A DNA stretch of 31,291 nt from a virus. Its lineage: Duplodnaviria; Caudoviricetes. Positions 7,150-17,162 of this stretch are shown one piece after another (the stretch's first letter is position 1; every line of letters starts with the position of its first letter). The notes beneath the pieces were generated by a model. The model saw nothing but the letters and a program-made list of their open reading frames with translations, made no database searches and was not told the DNA's origin. The position numbers and the translations under genes were made by a program. The DNA lies in the IMG/VR virus record IMGVR_UViG_3300037076_000477, positions 1 to 31,291 of that record; one strand, 5' to 3'.

Positions 7150-9198
7150 TTAAGAGAAATTACTACCGTATACCCAGCTTGAAGGTCTCTTCAAACCATA
7201 ATCCACATCATAGAATGGGATTATTTTAATAGATCCGTCATCGTTTAACCGGTTGATTTGTATTTCGAGTACTCCCCAGTCAGCTAAAATGATTTCAGAA
7301 GGATCACCATGCATAATTGTACTTGCGGGAACGTTCTTTGAACCAAATACCCCATGGCCAGCCATTTCATTTTTATCAATTATCTTTGCAGTCTGGCCAG
7401 CTTCAATTTTCCTTTGTTTTAATTGACCTCTAATAAGCGGAGTCATTATGTAAGGAAGATTATCTGTATTCACATTCAAATCCTCAAGAACTGTTTCAAG
7501 ATCAATTGCAGTTCCAAAGACGAAGTTTGAAATATCAGCCGTATTAACATGATCCTGTACTAAAATTCCCTTAGGTTGATTCCCGTTGCCAGATCCCTGG
7601 ATAACACCGGCATCGATTGTCTGAGATATCTGCATTAAGATATCCATCATTACAATTCCTTCCATTGCGGGTGTAGTCTGTTTAGCAGCTAACCTGGAAT
7701 ATTGAACGATAGCGGAAACTGTATGAGGTGTAAGAGTGAATTTTCCAAAATCTATATTTGATTTTGTAGCAGCTTCATTTTCACCTATCCAGTAAGCAGT
7801 TGAATGAGCTGATTTGCGTGGGAAGTCAACATAACCGACTAATCCAGACAAAAGCATTACATTAAGAGCTTTTCCGAATAAAAGTTTATTATAAAGCAGA
7901 TCAACAAAATTTCCAGCCATCAACTGAGTGGCAACTAAATTGCCAGCAGTTCCTGACATGTTTTCTCCTGAAGCGATTGTGATATCTCTTTTCAGATGAC
8001 CATAATCGATAAAGAAGGAATTATTAGATCTTGTTGGTTGATTAAGATTTTTGGATATCTGTCTTGAAGCATCTATTTCCAGAGCAGCAAGTTTAGGATC
8101 TCCTTCGACCACTGAACGTACCAGGTTCCAGATCGAGTATCCTCTCTTATCTTTATCCGGCATGTCAAGATCTGTTACCGGAGTAGCAACAGTCCTTTCT
8201 CCAGTGGTATTATTCTTAACAATGAATTCATAGAAATCACCAAGGGTTCTACCGTTTTCACAGTAATCCTCAGCGGTTTCTTGTACTTTAGCAACTCTGC
8301 CAACGAATCTCTCTGCAGTTTTCCTTATTTCCGTGCACCTTGCACGGTCTTCCTTCACTAGCTCCTCAGGTGTTTTTTTTACGGGTTCTTCCATTAGGAT
8401 TGGCTCCTTAGTTTTAGTTGTAGAATTTCGTTTATTAATAGGTTCTGAATTTCTTTTCGTTTCTTTTCCACACGAACGACATTGTTCTACCGGATTACAA
8501 TCTTTTCCACAATCCGGGCATGTACCTTCGTCGATATCTCCCTGACTCATTTCGGCCCCACAGCAATCAGAAACCATTCTTGTTTCTTTATGATCGCATT
8601 CAGCTCTTTTATTTAATTTTTCAATTGCCATGGATCTGAATTTTGAATTAGCATCAGCTCCAATTGCAACAGCAGATCCTTCCTTCAGCTCCCAGCGTGA
8701 ACGGATAACAAGATTAAAATTATCACCATAATTATTTGTGAAAGTTCTTCCTGCTATTATTCCTGTTTCATTAGGTCTGATTCTGGCAGTGAATTGAGGG
8801 AATGTTCTGTAACCGGCAGAAGTATCTGTTAAATGTCTTTCCTTAATTTTGGTCCACATATCTTCTTCGATAGAGGATATAAAAGCTTTTCCACCTACTT
8901 CAGCATTGGCCACATTAAGACTACGTATAGAACCTTTAAGATATTCAGTTGTTATTCTTAAATGTGATTCTAATAAGGGGACCTGTTTGCTATCAGGTAG
9001 AATTACATTATCAGGACCACAAAGAAGTATTTCCCTTACTATTTCCCATTCGTCCCAATCTATAACCAGGGACGGATTCTCAGTTGCAATTGAGCAGTCA
9101 ACAGATCTTTCATCCAAATTGATTGAATCAGATCTTAACTGAGTATCGCGAAATGTTAATCCCCTGGATGCTAAAAACTCAAGTTGTTGTTTTTCCAT
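7150..9198 (-). CDS. Prohead protease-major capsid protein fusion (HK97 fold)
   Basis: N-terminal S78-like protease motifs (PLLESH, SAGY, ELKEGSAVAIGAD). C-terminal capsid motifs (AGNLVATQL, AYWIGE, GSGNGNQPKGIL). Confidence 0.9.
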   Translation of the reverse strand: MEKQQLEFLASRGLTFRDTQLRSDSINLDERSVDCSIATENPSLVIDWDEWEIVREILLCGPDNVILPDSKQVPLLESHLRITTEYLKGSIRSLNVANAEVGGKAFISSIEEDMWTKIKERHLTDTSAGYRTFPQFTARIRPNETGIIAGRTFTNNYGDNFNLVIRSRWELKEGSAVAIGADANSKFRSMAIEKLNKRAECDHKETRMVSDCCGAEMSQGDIDEGTCPDCGKDCNPVEQCRSCGKETKRNSEPINKRNSTTKTKEPILMEEPVKKTPEELVKEDRARCTEIRKTAERFVGRVAKVQETAEDYCENGRTLGDFYEFIVKNNTTGERTVATPVTDLDMPDKDKRGYSIWNLVRSVVEGDPKLAALEIDASRQISKNLNQPTRSNNSFFIDYGHLKRDITIASGENMSGTAGNLVATQLMAGNFVDLLYNKLLFGKALNVMLLSGLVGYVDFPRKSAHSTAYWIGENEAATKSNIDFGKFTLTPHTVSAIVQYSRLAAKQTTPAMEGIVMMDILMQISQTIDAGVIQGSGNGNQPKGILVQDHVNTADISNFVFGTAIDLETVLEDLNVNTDNLPYIMTPLIRGQLKQRKIEAGQTAKIIDKNEMAGHGVFGSKNVPASTIMHGDPSEIILADWGVLEIQINRLNDDGSIKIIPFYDVDYGLKRPSSWVYGSNFS

Positions 9199-9210
9199 TA
9201 AAATAAATCC

Positions 9211-10845
9211 TTAATGTTTTCCATTACTTTTATAATTATCCATTGTCTCTTCGACCAGCTCTTCAATCGTTTCTCTCATTTCATCAGTAAGCTCAGACTT
9301 AGTTGAATCCACGGGACCTTCATTTGTATTGCCGCCACCAAGACTCACCTGTTGAAGCATTATATCTATACCCAGCTTACTTAATATTTTTTCTCTGATA
9401 TCTGCAGCAGCTTCCAGCCATTCGTCAATATCCTTTCCTTGCTCAGCTAACTGTTCCTCAAGATTCTCAAGAAGCCCTTCCCTGGCTAGTATTTTAGCTT
9501 TAACATCTTTGTATTTGTCAACCCATTCAGGGACGTATCCGAGAAATAGCGGTTGATTGAATTTGTCAAATTTGCTAAGAGGGAGGAGTACCGGGAAGGC
9601 TTCATTGAGAATTGCAGATTCTAACCAATCTTTATGAGTTGGTTCAAGTCTATGTTCACGGAAGAATCTCTGCAGTTCTTTCCATCCCAGACGTGAGTCA
9701 AGTGCACCATGACGTGAACTGGTATAGTTAACACCGGTTAGGTTTGATGAGAGTGTAGGAAAATCGATATCCCATCCGGAAGAGACTCCCATTAAGATAG
9801 CATCCGTGAAAGGTCCTTCAGATCCGGTGGGCCATACAGGATTATACTGATCAAAATCATATCCCTGAGGTACAACAAAGGTCTCCCCGGGTTGGATTGA
9901 CTTTACAATTATTTCTTCACCACCATCCTCGGTTACATATTCTCCGGAGACGGAGTCAGCCGTAAGATCTACGTCCTCTCCCTTTGCAGGTTTCAGAACA
10001 TTAGCTTTTCTTGCAGAAGATCTTGCATTCATTAAAGCGGCTTCCTGGAATCCTTTCAGTACATGAAGTCTTGTAGCAACAGGAGCGCACCAGGGGATGC
10101 CTCTCATCTGACCAACATATTCTTTCATGTAAATATGAATTATCTGATCTGCAGGAATCCTTATGTAGTACATTCTTGGATTCCATCCGTAAAGATCATC
10201 TCCAGGTCTATATTCGATAAACCAATAGGCCACTACTTTTCTAAGCGGTGTATGTTCAATCCCCATGGTGATGACATTACCATTAGGAAGGACCTTGTTT
10301 AACCGATCATCACAATAAGCAGATTCAATCAGTTGATAGGTAATACCAAACTTATTAGCAGTTTTTTTCTCATAAACTTTTTTAATGAAGATCTCCCCAT
10401 CCATGGCAATCGTTTTTATTTCTAATCCATTACCTTCAACAAAACTCATATCCTTGGTTACATAACAATAATCTTTCTTTGACCAGTCCCAGAATCCATC
10501 CTGGATTATTCTGTTTGCAGTAGTATCAAGTTTCTTTTTTGTTTGCCCATTAGCGGTTATATAATCAGCAGCTTTGTTACGATGGGTATATCCTTCAGGT
10601 CCAATAACATATTTTTGAAGTGTACGTAAGAACTTTCTTCCATAAGGATCATTCTGAGCTAAGTATCTGGATGCAGAACGCATAACACGTAATCCCATAC
10701 GGAGATCCCAATTGATATGGGTTTCTCCACCTTGCCAGATCTGACCCAAACGATCAATCTGACCGGAATCAAATGTCCTGGTATTCATCTTACGTGATTG
10801 GGGATTAAAAGGTCTGACTACATCGACATTAGTCTGCATTCCCAT
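9211..10845 (-). CDS. Portal protein, lambda family
   Basis: Motifs RYLAQND, VIGPEG, GQMRGIPW, VNYTSSR and WVDKYKD. Confidence 0.92.
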   Translation of the reverse strand: MGMQTNVDVVRPFNPQSRKMNTRTFDSGQIDRLGQIWQGGETHINWDLRMGLRVMRSASRYLAQNDPYGRKFLRTLQKYVIGPEGYTHRNKAADYITANGQTKKKLDTTANRIIQDGFWDWSKKDYCYVTKDMSFVEGNGLEIKTIAMDGEIFIKKVYEKKTANKFGITYQLIESAYCDDRLNKVLPNGNVITMGIEHTPLRKVVAYWFIEYRPGDDLYGWNPRMYYIRIPADQIIHIYMKEYVGQMRGIPWCAPVATRLHVLKGFQEAALMNARSSARKANVLKPAKGEDVDLTADSVSGEYVTEDGGEEIIVKSIQPGETFVVPQGYDFDQYNPVWPTGSEGPFTDAILMGVSSGWDIDFPTLSSNLTGVNYTSSRHGALDSRLGWKELQRFFREHRLEPTHKDWLESAILNEAFPVLLPLSKFDKFNQPLFLGYVPEWVDKYKDVKAKILAREGLLENLEEQLAEQGKDIDEWLEAAADIREKILSKLGIDIMLQQVSLGGGNTNEGPVDSTKSELTDEMRETIEELVEETMDNYKSNGKH

Positions 10846-11060
10846 TATATATAGCTCTCCAATATTCTGGGTACGCGTTTTCTAAGGCCAAGTTTTATTT
10901 CAAGACGGGTAATTTCTTTTCTGACAGCGGCAAGGTCCCGATATTTGAATATTCTTCCACCCGGGAGTTGAACTTCTGTAAATTCTCTACCGGCTAGTCT
11001 TGAGTATGCAGCTCTTAAATTATCGAGGTCTATTTGATCGGGGGATTTTTCGTCAGCCAT
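10845..11060 (-). CDS. Head-tail adaptor, gpW-like
   Basis: 71 aa helix-hairpin-helix pattern, immediately upstream of a lambda-type portal. Confidence 0.7.
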   Translation of the reverse strand: MADEKSPDQIDLDNLRAAYSRLAGREFTEVQLPGGRIFKYRDLAAVRKEITRLEIKLGLRKRVPRILESYI

Positions 11061-11133
11061 TACATTTTTATTAAATCATTTAAATAATAAAATTTCAATG
11101 GTGTGAATGTATTTGATTGGGAAAGTTTAATCC

Positions 11134-11160
11134 ACGAGGTTTTACCTCATTTTACCTCGT
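11134..11160. promoter_or_regulatory. Candidate operator upstream of head operon
   Basis: ACGAGGT-N13-ACCTCGT inverted repeat containing TTTTACCTC twice, in a 180-bp intergenic gap. Confidence 0.4.
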
Positions 11161-11242
11161 AACTTTTTAGTGCCTGTTTATAGGGGTTTGGTGAAAGGGC
11201 ATATAGATGAGTACGATAAAGTCCTGTGATTTTGAAGGTAGG

Positions 11243-11569
11243 CTAAAAATCGGTTACAAAGTTTTTCCCCTTTTTGATTGAAATTCGATCATTTGAAACT
11301 TCGATCTTAATTTTCTTTACTTTTTCCGGTGGAGTTATCTCGAATCTGGAAAGGATAAAATTAATAATTTCAGAAGGTGTCATATTCAATTCTTTGCTTT
11401 TTTCTTCCAAACAAATTTTATTCTCCTCGGTCAATGAAACCATCGAACCTGATAAATAATGTTCAATTAAATTATTTACAAAGGGTTGAACGTTCTTATT
11501 CAGCTTCAATATTTCCTTAACACTGTAAGGTTGGATATCTATTTTTGTTGGCTTTATATTATCAGACAA
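11243..11569 (-). CDS. Hypothetical RHH/CopG-like protein with TerL-like C-terminal tail
   Basis: VSLTEENKICLEEKSKELNMTPSEIINFIL resembles a ribbon-helix-helix. Ends ISIKKGKNFVTDF. Confidence 0.55.
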   Translation of the reverse strand: MSDNIKPTKIDIQPYSVKEILKLNKNVQPFVNNLIEHYLSGSMVSLTEENKICLEEKSKELNMTPSEIINFILSRFEITPPEKVKKIKIEVSNDRISIKKGKNFVTDF

Positions 11570-11584
11570 AATTCAATATCTCAT

Positions 11585-13594
11585 TTAATAATCGTTTACG
11601 AAATTCTTACCGGTCCTGATCTTTATCCTCTTAGGCAATATTTTCTTAGGTTCATTTTCTCCTGAGTTATTTTCTTTAGGGCCTTCTTCGTCCTGATTGA
11701 CAGCGTTTTTCTTTTTCTCCTCTGCAGTATTCTGCAGCATCTGTTTTAATATATCCCAGTTTTTAATATTTGCATATTCCAGGGCAGATAGGCAATAACC
11801 TTCAAGATCCAAAGCTTCATTCCTTGCTCTTTGTTTTACCCAATTCTTCCTGACTACTACACCTTTCTGATAAACATTAACTAATTTCTCAGATAAGGCC
11901 AGCTGCTTAAAATATTCCTCAGTTGTACCTTTAGGGAAATGCATATATCCTGGGCCAAATTCAACAATATTAAGCCTGTTAAAGATGGTTTTCTTTGCAG
12001 TATCAGTGCCGATCATGAACTGTCTGACACCAAGTTTATTCTTTTGTGATGGTCTTGAAAGTAATGGAGCTCCGGTGATACCTTGTTTGCCTCCTTTATT
12101 ATCTCCCTGCAGAGCAAAGATGAATTTATTTCCTTTCCTCTGCATTTTCTTAACAAAGGTCTGAGCATATTTGGTTGCATACCCAGTATCGATACCAAAT
12201 GCAGATAATCTTAAATAAACATCAGATTCATGTAAATATTTGGTTTCAAGGAATAATTCCACTCTTCTCCATATATTCTCAGTACTCGTATTATATAAAG
12301 TCATTGGATTGCCATAGAAGATCTGATAATCGATCAGCCAGCTCTCTTCTTCCATTCCAAATCCCTTAATCTTGACTTCAATACGATCTCCCTGGATATC
12401 TGCAGAACCTACAAGAGCCAGTACACCTTCAGGCAGCTTCTTTGAAGTATATTCCTCACACCGGTTCATAAGTTCAAGTTCATTTGGAGGTTTCGATTCA
12501 ACATCTTCATAAGGTAGACCTAACTCAAGATTAAAGAATGTTTGCCTCTCTGTAGGTTTATTCTTCTTACTGATCCAACTTCTTACGAGATCTTCCCAGG
12601 TACGGAGTGTTGAGTATAATTCTGAGATATAGAATCCTGCATGATGAATGATCTCAGGTTTATCTTTAATCCAGAGGCCATCAGGAAGCATTTTATATTT
12701 ATCACGTTCATCAAGATGAGCTTTACAGGCTTCGCACTCATAATATGTTTCCTCCGGGATATAAACTCCTTTATCGATCCTCCATCCTTTAAGATTCCAG
12801 AAGTCCAGAACCTGGAAATGATTACAGCGCGGGCACGGTACTTGTCTTTTCCTCTGATCAGAGTTTTCATAATCAGATTCAATCCGGGATCTTCCCTTGG
12901 TGGTAGGAGTTGAGATATTAATATTCTTGTATGATTCATTAAAGCCGGTTAATCTTTTCTCAACAATATTTATCGTATCTCCTTCCTCACCTGTAACCCA
13001 TTTAATACGGTCCTTCTCATCAATGAATAAATATTTAATGGATTGAGATGTTAAAGTATTGGGGGAGGCAAGTCCAACGATTGAAAGGAATCCACCAGGT
13101 ATTGTCTTTTCCAGTGTAGCATTTGAGCCATCCTTTGTTTTTGGATCTGAGACTTTCCCATGAAGCCGCTCAGTATCGCGCAACATGGGCTCTAGTTTTC
13201 TTTTGCTAAATTTTATAGCATTACTTTCAGTAGGATAACAGATGAGCATTGGCCCGGGATCCATGTCGATCAGGTATGCAATCATATTAAGCATTGCCTG
13301 GGTAAAACCTGTCTGAGCAGATTTCATTATTGAAATCTTCCGGATATATGGATCCAGTAGGCAATCCATAGGTTCATCCAGGTATTCAAAACCAACATTG
13401 GACCATAAACCAAAATTGTCGGTATCCTCCGGAGAGAGATATCTGTATTTCTTTGCCCATTCACTTACCTTTATCTTCTGAGCCGGTGTTAACTGAGTAA
13501 GTATGGTAGATACAATATCTTCCAATATTCCCTGGACTATTCCTTCCGGGATAATGAACCCTTGTTTGTTTGTTTGTTCCTGGATATATGTCAA
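11585..13594 (-). CDS. Terminase large subunit, lambda gpA family
   Basis: Motifs KSAQTGFT, FIDEKD, ISTPT, VPCPRC...CEAC, ADIQ, GIDTG and RNEALD. Confidence 0.95.
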   Translation of the reverse strand: MTYIQEQTNKQGFIIPEGIVQGILEDIVSTILTQLTPAQKIKVSEWAKKYRYLSPEDTDNFGLWSNVGFEYLDEPMDCLLDPYIRKISIMKSAQTGFTQAMLNMIAYLIDMDPGPMLICYPTESNAIKFSKRKLEPMLRDTERLHGKVSDPKTKDGSNATLEKTIPGGFLSIVGLASPNTLTSQSIKYLFIDEKDRIKWVTGEEGDTINIVEKRLTGFNESYKNINISTPTTKGRSRIESDYENSDQRKRQVPCPRCNHFQVLDFWNLKGWRIDKGVYIPEETYYECEACKAHLDERDKYKMLPDGLWIKDKPEIIHHAGFYISELYSTLRTWEDLVRSWISKKNKPTERQTFFNLELGLPYEDVESKPPNELELMNRCEEYTSKKLPEGVLALVGSADIQGDRIEVKIKGFGMEEESWLIDYQIFYGNPMTLYNTSTENIWRRVELFLETKYLHESDVYLRLSAFGIDTGYATKYAQTFVKKMQRKGNKFIFALQGDNKGGKQGITGAPLLSRPSQKNKLGVRQFMIGTDTAKKTIFNRLNIVEFGPGYMHFPKGTTEEYFKQLALSEKLVNVYQKGVVVRKNWVKQRARNEALDLEGYCLSALEYANIKNWDILKQMLQNTAEEKKKNAVNQDEEGPKENNSGENEPKKILPKRIKIRTGKNFVNDY

Positions 13595-13598
13595 TTTA

Positions 13599-14261
13599 TT
13601 AATTTTTAGTTTCTGAAGACTCCTGGATAATTACATCCAGGTGAGTTCGTGATAATTCCTGTTTTAATGTATGTGACGTTTCTTTTAGTATGATCAACAT
13701 ATCGGGCTTTGATTTAGAAGCAGCGTATAGTTTATTAATTATTCTGTATGGAAATCCATCTATGTTTTTTGAAAATTTTACAAATAGATTAGTTAAATTG
13801 AAAACAAGTGGTTTCACCGGTACGAAGTTCTTCAGCTCCTTCTGCCATTCAATCTCTTTTAGATTTGCATTTATATTTGCAAGTCTTGCCTGAGCATCAG
13901 TTTTATTTTCCCCACCGGTCTTGGCATCTTTAATCAGTAGATCCTTAAAATTTAAATATGCATGCAGGAAAGTAACCCGGTTATACTTACCATGGGCCAC
14001 TTTGCCCGGGAAGTTCTTCTCAGCTACTAGCTTGTTAACATATCTTTCTGTTTTATCAATCATCAATGCCATGTCTTTTATGGTCCCAAACTCCATGTTC
14101 TCTTTAAGATAATTTATATACCACCTGGTACACTCGACAGCATTGAATTTATTCTGTCCTAGTTTAGGCATGCCGGCTTTAACGAGTTTCTTTATATCAT
14201 ATTGAGTGACATTCAGGAGATCGCCGATCTGCTTTGAAGTAGCATATTTCGCATCAGCCAT
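13599..14261 (-). CDS. Terminase small subunit (Nu1-like, tandem winged HTH)
   Basis: Directly upstream of TerL. Two HTH-like repeats followed by a coiled-coil (DAQARLANINANLKEIE). Confidence 0.75.
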   Translation of the reverse strand: MADAKYATSKQIGDLLNVTQYDIKKLVKAGMPKLGQNKFNAVECTRWYINYLKENMEFGTIKDMALMIDKTERYVNKLVAEKNFPGKVAHGKYNRVTFLHAYLNFKDLLIKDAKTGGENKTDAQARLANINANLKEIEWQKELKNFVPVKPLVFNLTNLFVKFSKNIDGFPYRIINKLYAASKSKPDMLIILKETSHTLKQELSRTHLDVIIQESSETKN

Positions 14262-14265
14262 ATAA

Positions 14266-14718
14266 TCAAATGCCTAAGAATTCTTCCTTGGTGATAGCTT
14301 TTATTCCGAGTTCATTATACATCTCTCTTGTTTTTTTGTCAGCCTCAATTGCAATGTAAACGCTCAAATCCAGGTTCATGGACATAATAAATTGTTTGGT
14401 ATTATATTTCTTCATTTCAGTTGAAAACGAGGAGCCTGAGTCTTTAACAATATCTCGATCAATACATTGTGCTAATTCCATCGAATCATTATTAAAAAAA
14501 GAAAGCGTAGGTACCCAATATAATTGTTGTCTAAGTTGGGTTATTATTTGATATTCAAAACGATTAGATCTATTGGAATACAGATAAACCTTATCATGAT
14601 CAGAGAATTGATTAGTTATTCTCCTGTCATATTTCTCAAGTTTAATATCCTCGATTCCGGGACATTCTTTAGGATTCATTACTAATGAATAATCCAGATC
14701 AAGTATTATTACTCTCAT
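14266..14718 (-). CDS. HAD-superfamily phosphatase-like protein
   Basis: N-terminal IILDLDYSL (DxD motif), LYSNR motif II and C-terminal MYNELGI. Confidence 0.55.
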   Translation of the reverse strand: MRVIILDLDYSLVMNPKECPGIEDIKLEKYDRRITNQFSDHDKVYLYSNRSNRFEYQIITQLRQQLYWVPTLSFFNNDSMELAQCIDRDIVKDSGSSFSTEMKKYNTKQFIMSMNLDLSVYIAIEADKKTREMYNELGIKAITKEEFLGI

Positions 14719-15182
14719 ATCTTTCCTTCAATCAATTTTTTAATTTCATCTGCAGCTCTGAATTCCCAGTTAAATTCTTTAACATCTGCAGTAGTACATC
14801 TTAATAACTTCCATCCATGGATAACGGCCAGATTGTATTTCTTTGCATCCCTGGCAAATCCTTTCCCCCTGGTATGTCTTCCTTTTGAATAGATTCCACC
14901 TTCAAATTCAATACAGATCTTCTTCTCCGGAATAGCAATATCAAATTTGAATCTGCGATCATGAAGGAATCTATATTCACGGACTGCAGCTATTTTAAGG
15001 ACCTTAAGAGCATTAAATATCCTTCCCGGATAATCAAATATTTTCTTTGTTGCAATATGCCTGGCATTAATTACAGCAGCTTCCTCAAATCCTTTTAATA
15101 TATGCTTCTGTACAGCAAGCAGACCTCCTTTCTTTTGAATCTTTTCGATATCAGCCATGGACCAGTGAATGTTTCTACTCAT
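14715..15182 (-). CDS. PD-(D/E)XK / Vsr-like endonuclease
   Basis: EYRFLHDRRFKFDIAIPEKKICIEFEGG...RHTRGKGF..D..KYN...GW. Start probably MSRNIH (ORF track 15203). Confidence 0.75.
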   Translation of the reverse strand: MSRNIHWSMADIEKIQKKGGLLAVQKHILKGFEEAAVINARHIATKKIFDYPGRIFNALKVLKIAAVREYRFLHDRRFKFDIAIPEKKICIEFEGGIYSKGRHTRGKGFARDAKKYNLAVIHGWKLLRCTTADVKEFNWEFRAADEIKKLIEGKI

Positions 15183-15858
15183 TTTTAATTTTCTCAAATT
15201 CAATTACCCAAACCCATGGATTAGAATTCCAGGGATATGTTTTGCCGTTTATTTCATCCCATAAAACCCCGTAAAAAGCACGGTTATAATTTGTTTTGTC
15301 CACTGGTTTGAAATAATCGGTTGGAAAGTATTTCCCGTTTAGTGGCATTAACACATTATTTTCTTCGCTTACTGGAATTGGGGTTCCTTCTTTGATTGCA
15401 TCTTCCTCTGTTATGTCCTGTAATCTTTCTATCCGGATATCTTTTACCAGTAAATCTATGCGTGAAGCTGAGCGGGGCATAAAGATTGAAGGTGTCCATT
15501 GCCAATTTATCCAGTTTGTTCCATCATTAAACCCGTTCTCTTTTGTTCTCCATGTTTCAGGAGATGCTTTATAGCCAATATGCCCGTTCTCGTCCCGCGT
15601 AAATGTCTCCCTCGTCCAAAGTATGCTGCCCGGTTTTCCGTATTTGCATTTGAACCTTTTATTTTCTCCTGTTTCGTCTACAGTCCCATGCCATCCTTCT
15701 AAATTACTGTCGATTGACATTGGGAATTCTGAATGATTCCATAGTCCACTGTCATCAGGTTGAGGTTTCACAGTTCTCCTGGTCTGAGTTTTTCTCCCTT
15801 CTAAAATAGCCTTTACCATGGGAGTACTGAATAATATAGGATGCTCATTTTTTATCAT
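15175..15858 (-). CDS. ASCH/PUA-like phage protein
   Basis: Motifs PILFSTPMVKAILEGRKTQTRR, WTPSIFMPR, ERLQDITEEDA and NPWVWVIEF. Confidence 0.8.
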   Translation of the reverse strand: MIKNEHPILFSTPMVKAILEGRKTQTRRTVKPQPDDSGLWNHSEFPMSIDSNLEGWHGTVDETGENKRFKCKYGKPGSILWTRETFTRDENGHIGYKASPETWRTKENGFNDGTNWINWQWTPSIFMPRSASRIDLLVKDIRIERLQDITEEDAIKEGTPIPVSEENNVLMPLNGKYFPTDYFKPVDKTNYNRAFYGVLWDEINGKTYPWNSNPWVWVIEFEKIKNE

Positions 15859-16079
15859 TTAGGTGGCTCCAATTGTTTCTTGAAATCAATTATGTCGAGA
15901 AAACAGGAATCACTAAAGATTATTTGCTCCTGAGCCTGAGTTGTTACCCATTGTTTCCAGGATGGGTACCATATTATGTAAGCAAGTAAAGAGCCGGTCC
16001 GGTTATTGTAAACTTCCCAATGCTCTTTTTTATTCTTTTCAGCTTTAACAAAATGGATATATTGATATTTTACTTTCAT
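15855..16079 (-). CDS. Hypothetical protein
   Basis: In operon, with overlapping stop/start codons. Confidence 0.6.
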   Translation of the reverse strand: MKVKYQYIHFVKAEKNKKEHWEVYNNRTGSLLAYIIWYPSWKQWVTTQAQEQIIFSDSCFLDIIDFKKQLEPPK

Positions 16080-16480
16080 TTACCATTCTTCTTAAATAGA
16101 ATTTCAGTCCTAACAATGTTAAGCATGGTATTTACGGTACCATTGATAGCCTTAGCCTGGTTAATAAATTCCTTACTGAGTTTAAGTTTTTCAATATTCT
16201 CCTGCAGTGTAGCAATGATGTTACTTTCTTTTAATTTCTTTAATGTCATTGACTCACCAACTGCAACTATTTCAATAGCGTCAACAGGAAGGAATTCTGA
16301 TCTGATAATCTTTTCAGCCTCAGAATAATCCAGAACGATAAGATCTATGCTAGTGGATATATAGCACTTGTCCTCAGTGATCCTGAAATTATTAATTTTA
16401 TGTTCCCGGGTTTTATATAAGAAAGTTTTCCCCTGCCTCTGGCAAAGAGTATTTCTAAGTGTAACTAATGGTTCCGACAT
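16076..16480 (-). CDS. Hypothetical protein
   Basis: In operon, with overlapping stop/start codons. Confidence 0.65.
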   Translation of the reverse strand: MSEPLVTLRNTLCQRQGKTFLYKTREHKINNFRITEDKCYISTSIDLIVLDYSEAEKIIRSEFLPVDAIEIVAVGESMTLKKLKESNIIATLQENIEKLKLSKEFINQAKAINGTVNTMLNIVRTEILFKKNGK

Positions 16481-17160
16481 CTCTCTGTTTCCTTTATTTT
16501 TCTATTTAGTATAAGTTGATTCCGTTTAATTTCAATTATCTCTGGGTGATTTTTAAGTATTTCCTTCCTTACTTTTTTGTCCCGGATTAAATAACTACTC
16601 ACCCATTTATCAGATCTGTATCTATATTCCATATTCGTATGAATATCCTCTGGCCTGTTTCTTTTAAGATTCTGAGCCATGGTTATGAGTTTGAGATTAC
16701 CAATTCTAACATCCATACTATCTTTATTCTTAAAAATAATAATCATCCCCTCCGGTACATCCCCATATTTCTTTTCCCAAATAACTTTATGCAGCTCTCT
16801 CCAGTGTCCCTGAGATACCCGAATCCATTTATATGGTATACTATGAGTATTCCTTACTCGAATACAGCCATCATAAAGAGTATTTTTAGGAACAATTCCT
16901 TTCTTGAATTCAGATCCCGGGGAAAGATGAACACCTTTAGGACACCTGAAACCTAAATGATCCTTACTCCATTGAGTACTCTTCATTCTTGCTTCATAAA
17001 TATCTGCAGGAAGTCTTAACCCTAATCTTTTTATCTGATTTTTAACAGCACATCTACTGAGTCCAATTATTTCAGCCAGTTCTCTTTCTGTCTTTTCGAA
17101 GTATAGACTCTTCAATAAATCAATTAACTCTTCAGTCCATATTGCTTTTATACCTTTCAT
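16465..17160 (-). CDS. HNH endonuclease with N-terminal HTH
   Basis: WTEE...HTH and LHKVIWEKKYGDVPEGMIIIFKNKDSMDVRIGNL...N (HNH_3-like). Confidence 0.75.
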   Translation of the reverse strand: MKGIKAIWTEELIDLLKSLYFEKTERELAEIIGLSRCAVKNQIKRLGLRLPADIYEARMKSTQWSKDHLGFRCPKGVHLSPGSEFKKGIVPKNTLYDGCIRVRNTHSIPYKWIRVSQGHWRELHKVIWEKKYGDVPEGMIIIFKNKDSMDVRIGNLKLITMAQNLKRNRPEDIHTNMEYRYRSDKWVSSYLIRDKKVRKEILKNHPEIIEIKRNQLILNRKIKETERCRNH

Positions 17161-17162
17161 AT

